From: Alphaproteobacteria bacterium
GTDB taxonomy: Bacteria > Pseudomonadota > Alphaproteobacteria > UBA6615
Length of the DNA: 45,292 nucleotides
Reading direction: 5' to 3'
NCBI GenBank assembly: GCA_018666195.1
Contig: JABJAG010000202.1
Span: forward strand, 1 to 45,292
The notes under the pieces were generated by a model. It did not search any database. It was not told the origin of the DNA and saw nothing but the letters and a program-made list of their open reading frames with translations. Positions 39,554 to 45,292 of this stretch are shown piece by piece (position 1 is the stretch's first letter; the number at the start of each line of letters is the position of its first letter). A program made the translations under genes and the position numbers.

Positions 39554-40321
39554 ATGGAATGGCGTGACGAGGGTATCGTGCTGGCGGCAAGACCGCATGG
39601 AGAAGGCGCCGCGGTCGTGCAGTTGCTTACCCTTGAGCATGGCCGTCATGCTGGACTGATGCATGGCGGAAACTCGCGCGGCAAACGCGGGATGGTCGAG
39701 CCGGGAAACCGCGTGGATGCGGTCTGGCGGGCCAGACTTAACGAACATCTCGGGCGCTACACTATTGAATCGACACGTCACACCGCGGCTCAATTCATGG
39801 ATGATCCCGCGCGTTTGGCCGCACTTTCTGCTGCTTGTGCCGTGGTGGAGACAATCATTCCTGAACGCGAGCCTCATCCGGGACTCTACAAGGCGACTGG
39901 AGCTCTGTTTGACGCCTTGTCCGAGGGAGAGGCTGATATCTGGCCGGCTGTCTATATCCAATGGGAATTGGGGCTTTTACAGGAATTGGGGTTTGGTCTC
40001 GATCTCAATTCCTGTGCGGCAACAGGGGACCTGGAGAACCTGATCTATGTGAGCCCCAGAACCGGGCGTGCGGTGTCGCAGGCAGCGGGGCATCCCTATC
40101 GAGATCGAATGCTGAACCTCCCGCAGTTTTTGCGACCCGACGGGCGTGGGCAGGGGGCCAGTAACGAGGATTTTGCCGACGGATTGAAACTGACGGGGTT
40201 CTTTCTGGCCCGGCATGCTTTTGACCCTCTCGATCGAGGCCTACCGGCATCACGCGAGCGTCTGGAATCCCTTGTTTCTCGCTCCCGGGATGATCTGCAC
40301 GAACTTGCTGCGGATTGTTGA
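39554..40321 (+). CDS. recO: DNA repair protein RecO
   Basis: MEWRDEGIVL, HGRHAG, LGFGLDL..CAATG, YVSPRTGRAVS; follows rnc-era. Confidence 0.96.
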   Translation: MEWRDEGIVLAARPHGEGAAVVQLLTLEHGRHAGLMHGGNSRGKRGMVEPGNRVDAVWRARLNEHLGRYTIESTRHTAAQFMDDPARLAALSAACAVVETIIPEREPHPGLYKATGALFDALSEGEADIWPAVYIQWELGLLQELGFGLDLNSCAATGDLENLIYVSPRTGRAVSQAAGHPYRDRMLNLPQFLRPDGRGQGASNEDFADGLKLTGFFLARHAFDPLDRGLPASRERLESLVSRSRDDLHELAADC

Positions 40322-40374
40322 GGTGAATCAGGCGCAGGGCCTAAAAGGGACTTCGTTCCAGCGGAGTTATTAAC

Positions 40375-42597
40375 ATGACGATTGTCGGCGGCGGTGTACG
40401 CCAGGAAGCGTTCAAGGATGCGCTCAGTGAGCGGTATCTGAGTTATGCGCTTTCAACAATTATGGCGCGGTCGCTGCCTGATGTGCGCGACGGTCTGAAG
40501 CCTGTTCATCGGCGTCTGTTGCATGCAATGCGGCAGCTGCGCCTCGACCCTGATCAGGGTTACAAGAAATGCGCCCGCGTCGTGGGCGATGTTATGGGTA
40601 AGTATCACCCCCATGGTGATCAGGCGATTTACGATGCGCTTGTCCGTCTCGCGCAGGAATTTGCCGTGCGCTATCCATTGGTCGATGGGCAGGGCAACTT
40701 TGGCAATGTGGACGGTGATAACGCGGCGGCCATGCGGTACACCGAAGCGCGCATGACCGAAGTTGCGCAGGCCTTACTGGAAGGAATCGATGACGATGCG
40801 GTCGATTTCCGGGAGACCTATGACGGGGAAGGCAGCGAACCGGTTGTATTGCCTTCCAACTTTCCAAATCTTCTGGCCAATGGAGCGACGGGCATTGCGG
40901 TGGGCATGGCGAGTAGCGTGCCGCCACATAATGTTGGTGAGATTTGCGACGCACTTTCCCATCTCCTGAAAACCCCGAATGCGACCATTGCCAAACTTGT
41001 GGACCTGATGCCCGGACCGGACTTTCCGACCGGCGGACTTCTGGTTGAAGACCGGGCCACGATTGTGGATGCCTATGGTTCCGGGCGCGGCAGTTTTAGA
41101 GTTCGTGCCAGATGGGAAAGCGAAGACCTTGGGCGTGGCCAGTATCAGGTCGTGATTACTGAAATTCCCTATCAGGTGCAGAAGTCACGTTTGATCGAAC
41201 GGATCGCGGAACTGATGCACAATCGCAAGCTGCCCTTGCTTGGCGATATTAGGGACGAATCCGCTGATGATATTCGGCTGGTGCTCGAGCCGAAAAGCCG
41301 CAACGTCACTGCGGAAATGCTGATGGAGAGCCTGTTCCGGAACACCGAGATGGAATCGCGGTTTTCACTGAATATGAATGTGCTGGATGCAGACCATGTG
41401 CCGCGCGTGATGACGCTTCGCGAGGTGCTCCAGGCTTATCTTGACCATCGCCATGTCGTTCTCGTGCGGGTGACGGAGCACCGGCTGGAGAAAATAGCCG
41501 AGCGCCTGAATGTCCTGCAGGGATATATGATCGTTTTCCTCAATCTGGATGAGATCATTGCGATCATCCGCGAAGAAGATGATCCCCGCGAGGTCATGAA
41601 AAAACGCTGGGATCTCAACGATGCGCAGGTCGATGCTATCCTGAACATGCGCTTGCGGTCTTTGCGGCGTCTGGAAGAAATTGGTATCCGCAAGGAAATC
41701 GAAGGCCTTGAGGGTGAACAGAAGTCGCTAAAGGGCCTGCTCAAGGATGAGTCCAAACGCCTGAAATATCTGGCTGCTGAAGTTGCTGAAGTAAAGAAGA
41801 AGTTCGGACAGAAAACCGAACTGGGCAAGCGCCGTACAGATATCGCAGAAGCTCCTGCGGTCGTTGCGGTCCCCCTTGAAGCCATGATTGAACGCGAAGC
41901 GGTGACTGTTGTCTGTTCTGACAAAGGTTGGGTAAGGGCGCTCCGGGGCCATGATCTTGATGCGAAAGATCTGAAGTTCAAGGAAGGTGACAAGGGGAAA
42001 TTCGTTCTTGAAGCCGAGACTACAGATAAGCTGCTCGTGTTTGCGACCAACGGACGCTTTTACACGGTCGGAATCGACAAACTGCCAGGTGGCCGAGGGC
42101 ACGGCGAACCGTTACGCCTGATGTTTGATTTGGGAAATGACGCAGATATCGTAGCGTTGCAGGTTCACATTCCTGGAGCGAAATTGGTTGTCGCTTCAAG
42201 TGATGGCCGTGGCTTTGTTGTGCCTGAAGACGATGTGGTCGCTCAGACCAAAAGTGGCAAGCAGGTGCTCAACGTTAAGGGTGATGTTGAGGCGGTCGCC
42301 TGCGCTTCCGTTATCGGAGACCATCTGGCCGTCCTGGGGCGCAAACGTAAATTGTTGGTGTATCCGCTAAGTGAGCTTCCCGAGATGTCACGTGGTCGAG
42401 GTGTAGTCCTGCAAAGTTATTCCAATGACCTGCTGTCTGACGTTGCGACCTTCAACATGAAGGATGGCCTGACGACGATGACTGGTGATCGACATCGAAC
42501 CTTCACCAAGCAGGAATTGAAGGACTGGGTCGGCAAACGGGCGCAGGCGGGGCGTAAAGTTCCTCGTGGTTTTCCTGCAGCGCCACGTTTTAGCTGA
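40375..42597 (+). CDS. parC: DNA topoisomerase IV subunit A
   Basis: [28 protein letters not shown]; 740 aa with short C-terminal domain and no GyrA box seen. Confidence 0.95.
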   Translation: MTIVGGGVRQEAFKDALSERYLSYALSTIMARSLPDVRDGLKPVHRRLLHAMRQLRLDPDQGYKKCARVVGDVMGKYHPHGDQAIYDALVRLAQEFAVRYPLVDGQGNFGNVDGDNAAAMRYTEARMTEVAQALLEGIDDDAVDFRETYDGEGSEPVVLPSNFPNLLANGATGIAVGMASSVPPHNVGEICDALSHLLKTPNATIAKLVDLMPGPDFPTGGLLVEDRATIVDAYGSGRGSFRVRARWESEDLGRGQYQVVITEIPYQVQKSRLIERIAELMHNRKLPLLGDIRDESADDIRLVLEPKSRNVTAEMLMESLFRNTEMESRFSLNMNVLDADHVPRVMTLREVLQAYLDHRHVVLVRVTEHRLEKIAERLNVLQGYMIVFLNLDEIIAIIREEDDPREVMKKRWDLNDAQVDAILNMRLRSLRRLEEIGIRKEIEGLEGEQKSLKGLLKDESKRLKYLAAEVAEVKKKFGQKTELGKRRTDIAEAPAVVAVPLEAMIEREAVTVVCSDKGWVRALRGHDLDAKDLKFKEGDKGKFVLEAETTDKLLVFATNGRFYTVGIDKLPGGRGHGEPLRLMFDLGNDADIVALQVHIPGAKLVVASSDGRGFVVPEDDVVAQTKSGKQVLNVKGDVEAVACASVIGDHLAVLGRKRKLLVYPLSELPEMSRGRGVVLQSYSNDLLSDVATFNMKDGLTTMTGDRHRTFTKQELKDWVGKRAQAGRKVPRGFPAAPRFS

Positions 42598-42678
42598 TGA
42601 AACAGGTATATTGTGAGGGTGTTGGGAAGCTGATAGTTGTCAGTGACTGATTTCCCGCCGTTAATCCGGAGACGAACA

Positions 42679-43260
42679 ATGCAGACAGCAATAGGCACCG
42701 CCCCCACATTGATCAATGCAATTTGGCCTCGTGAAACCGGTGGTTTGTTGCGCCTGGCTTTGTTGGCAATTGCCGGAAGTGCATTGATGGCGGTTTCCGC
42801 CAAAATTCAGGTGCCAATGTGGCCTGTGCCTATGACCATGCAGACTTTCGCCGTACTCGTAATTGGTATGGCTTATGGCGCACGGTTGGCCGGTGCGACT
42901 CTTCTGCTCTACCTCGCCGAAGGTGCGGTTGGGTTTCCGGTCTTCGCAAGCGGTGGTGGCATTGCTTATATGGCCGGCCCAACAGGTGGCTACCTTGTGG
43001 GCTTCCTGATTGCCGCTGTGATGGTGGGCTGGTTGGCAGAGCGTGGTTGGGACCGTAATGTCGTATTGACGTTCCTCGCCAATCTTGGAGGTACGGTGAT
43101 CATCTTTGCAGTTGGCGTTGCGTGGTTATCAACCATCATGGAGGGTGTTGAAAAAGCCGTTGCAGCGGGGTTTCAACCCTTCTTGGTCGGCGCCGTCGTG
43201 AAGATTGCTCTGGCTGCGGCTATCCTGCCACTGGTCTGGAAGCTCTTGCCGAGGCGTTAG
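42679..43260 (+). CDS. bioY: Biotin transporter S component BioY
   Basis: PVPMTMQTFAV, GPTGGYLVGF, PFLVG..KIALA; GGAGA before ATG 42679. Confidence 0.94.
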   Translation: MQTAIGTAPTLINAIWPRETGGLLRLALLAIAGSALMAVSAKIQVPMWPVPMTMQTFAVLVIGMAYGARLAGATLLLYLAEGAVGFPVFASGGGIAYMAGPTGGYLVGFLIAAVMVGWLAERGWDRNVVLTFLANLGGTVIIFAVGVAWLSTIMEGVEKAVAAGFQPFLVGAVVKIALAAAILPLVWKLLPRR

Positions 43261-43292
43261 TTCAATGGCAACTCTGTCACTCTGAAATCAAT

Positions 43293-43324
43293 AAAAACGG
43301 CTGCCTGTCTAGGCAGCCGTTTTT
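43293..43324. terminator. Bidirectional intrinsic terminator
   Basis: AAAAACGGCTGCCT-gtct-AGGCAGCCGTTTTT between the convergent bioY and TRAP genes. Confidence 0.92.
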
Positions 43325-43344
43325 CTATGCGGTGAATGTATTAA

Positions 43345-45292
43345 TCAGAAGTTGAGAGATATATCCCGATGGATCGCAAGGCAGGAAGCTATCTCGCTAA
43401 TTTTCTCTGACGGCAGGCGGTCCTGTTGGCGCAGGCCGATGGTCTGGGAAATGGATTGGTCGTAGTCAGCGAGTGTATCTGACATCTGTTCGGCCGCGCG
43501 CATTCGCCAAGCCAACTCGTCGAGATACAGAGCGACGGCTTTCTGGACTTCTGCTGCTGCCTTTGCTGGTTTCGGGCTCCGTGCTGAGAGTGCGCGGCGG
43601 GCCTGAGTCAGTGCTGACCGTATCTTGTTTGTATCGGCGCGTTTCGAAAGGGCTGATTCTGCCGCTTTCAACGTCGCGATTGCGTCTTCGGAGGATTGAT
43701 TGGCCAGGGCATCTGGCAATGCGGTGACGATGTTCTTCGTGCCTGCAAAATCATTGGCATCTGCAAGGATCTGGCGCAATTCGACAATCGGTACATAGGC
43801 CTGATCAACATTTCGTCGATATGTGAGGCGCGCCTTCTTCTCAGCACCAGCGAGCGCAACATACTTCTTGCGTGCGCTTTCCCAGTTGGCTGGCAGAGAG
43901 GACTCAAGCACTTTTCGTTCAGCTTCGGCTTCAATGATGCGGGCCTCGGCATGCGCAACATCCTTTGCAATGACTTCGCCGTTGCGTTTGTTTTGGCGAA
44001 GCTCTTTGCGCAGTTCGGTTACTTCAGCCTTGTGGTCGCGGATGTCGGTCTGAATTGCGCGAACATTGCGATGAATTGGCTGATATTCAGGTACATAGGT
44101 TTGAAGGGCGATGTGGCTCATTCGAACGCCTTCAATCAAGTCGAAGGTGGCAAGTGCCTTGTCGAAACTTGCGGTCAGATCTTTCCCGCGTTTGTCGGGC
44201 AGGTAGCTGAAATCAAGCGTTCGCCCCAGTTCAATGGCCGTGACCAATGCGGTTTGCTGTTGGTCGTAAACCGGGAACAGATGTTCTTCCAGGCAGAGTT
44301 GCAGCCTAGGGTTATTCGGTGGCGGTGCTGTGTCCGCAGATAGGAATGATTGATTGGGCAAGAAATTTACCAGCGAAGGGAAAGCTCCAACAATGGCCAG
44401 ACCGAGAAGTTGAAGGCCGATAAAGGCCGCGACGCCTTTATACATGGACGTCGTTTTGACAATCGCAGGTGCGACGCCACGCAAGTAGAACAATGCAAAT
44501 CCGAACGGGGGTGTCAGGAAGGACGTCTGCATGTTGACGCCGATCATCACGCCCAGCCAGACCGCCGTGATGTTTGCGGAAGGGTCCTGCAATAGGATAG
44601 GAGCGACGATAGGAACGACGACAACGGCTATCTCGATGAAGTCGAGAAAAAACCCGAGTACGAAGATCACGCCCATAACCACAATGAACTGGGTCCAGAA
44701 CCCACCTGGGAGTCCACCGAGGAACTCTTTCACCAGTTCTTCGCCGCCAAACGCGCGAAACGCGGCGGTTAGCATCGCAGCACCGAGCAGAATAATGAAA
44801 ACCATTGAGGTGGTCTTCGCTGTCTCGATCATGACGCTACGCATCGTGTCGTCGATCTTGTGGACACGCCAACCGCTCCAAAGGACCGCAATCAGGAATG
44901 CAATGACAGCTCCCACGGCCAGCAGAACGCCGAACAGGTCAGTCCCTGTGTCGATACTCTTGATGTTGAGATCAAAGCTGCCCAGCAGAAAAAACACGGC
45001 CACGATAGAGGCAATGGCGATCAGGGCAGGGACATAGGTGAGGCGATTGCCTTCCGTCAGCCGGTAACCTGCCATGATGATGGCTCCGACGGCACCAATG
45101 GCACCTGCTTGGTTGACGGTGGCGATGCCCATGATGATTGAGCCGAGCACGGCAAGAATTAAGGCGAGTGGCGGGATCAGAACGAGCAGAACGCGGAGTG
45201 CGAAACGAAGATCGAAGGCACCTTCGCGTTTAACCGAGGGTGCGCTCTTGGGGCGGATCAGTGCGAAGATGAGGATATATGTAAGGTACAGG
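43345..45292 (-). CDS. TRAP transporter large permease (DctM-like) with long C-terminal extension, 5'-truncated by the window edge
   Basis: Frame is open to the window edge; VLGSIIMGIAT, FVLGFFLDFIEI, NMQTSFLTPPFGFALFYLRG. Confidence 0.93.
   Translation of the reverse strand, partial: LYLTYILIFALIRPKSAPSVKREGAFDLRFALRVLLVLIPPLALILAVLGSIIMGIATVNQAGAIGAVGAIIMAGYRLTEGNRLTYVPALIAIASIVAVFFLLGSFDLNIKSIDTGTDLFGVLLAVGAVIAFLIAVLWSGWRVHKIDDTMRSVMIETAKTTSMVFIILLGAAMLTAAFRAFGGEELVKEFLGGLPGGFWTQFIVVMGVIFVLGFFLDFIEIAVVVVPIVAPILLQDPSANITAVWLGVMIGVNMQTSFLTPPFGFALFYLRGVAPAIVKTTSMYKGVAAFIGLQLLGLAIVGAFPSLVNFLPNQSFLSADTAPPPNNPRLQLCLEEHLFPVYDQQQTALVTAIELGRTLDFSYLPDKRGKDLTASFDKALATFDLIEGVRMSHIALQTYVPEYQPIHRNVRAIQTDIRDHKAEVTELRKELRQNKRNGEVIAKDVAHAEARIIEAEAERKVLESSLPANWESARKKYVALAGAEKKARLTYRRNVDQAYVPIVELRQILADANDFAGTKNIVTALPDALANQSSEDAIATLKAAESALSKRADTNKIRSALTQARRALSARSPKPAKAAAEVQKAVALYLDELAWRMRAAEQMSDTLADYDQSISQTIGLRQQDRLPSEKISEIASCLAIHRDISLNF

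Noticed and set aside
42600-42678. Hairpin in the bioY leader as a riboswitch or BioR site
   Set aside because: No match to riboswitch consensus I know or to a BioR-type palindrome; stand-alone BioY is already well known
1-45292. CRISPR arrays, tRNA/rRNA, IS elements, prophage or defence systems
   Set aside because: No repeat-spacer arrays, RNA gene signatures, transposases or integrases seen; almost all space is accounted for by housekeeping genes

Overview
Core chromosomal segment of an alphaproteobacterium, probably Rhodospirillales-like (inferred from mipZ, phasin-clpS-clpA, class II nrdJ, NDUFA12-mlaD-DUF2155-aat-accC-accB-aroQ and folK-rpoZ-spoT-pdxJ-acpS-lepB-rnc-era-recO-parC). It holds about 45 tightly packed CDSs. 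I found no tRNA, rRNA, CRISPR array, IS, integrase, prophage or defence island. Main leads: (1) two 3'-end RNA elements, after the phasin gene and after nrdJ, each showing the same anti-Shine-Dalgarno 11-mer ACUCUCCUCCC in a hairpin loop directly before a terminator-like hairpin (cuckoo/alpha-r14-like, candidate 3'UTR-derived sRNAs); (2) an uncharacterised MipZ-vWA-Pam18-like J-protein module translationally coupled to a molybdopterin oxidoreductase; (3) a 1-nt frameshift in a FemAB-like GNAT gene next to clpA; (4) a start-less acidic gene remnant coupled to udg; (5) a TRAP large permease with a ~330-aa soluble C-terminal domain; (6) PhaR-like and NrdR-like boxes and a GANTC cluster. All family calls are from motif recognition; no database search was run.
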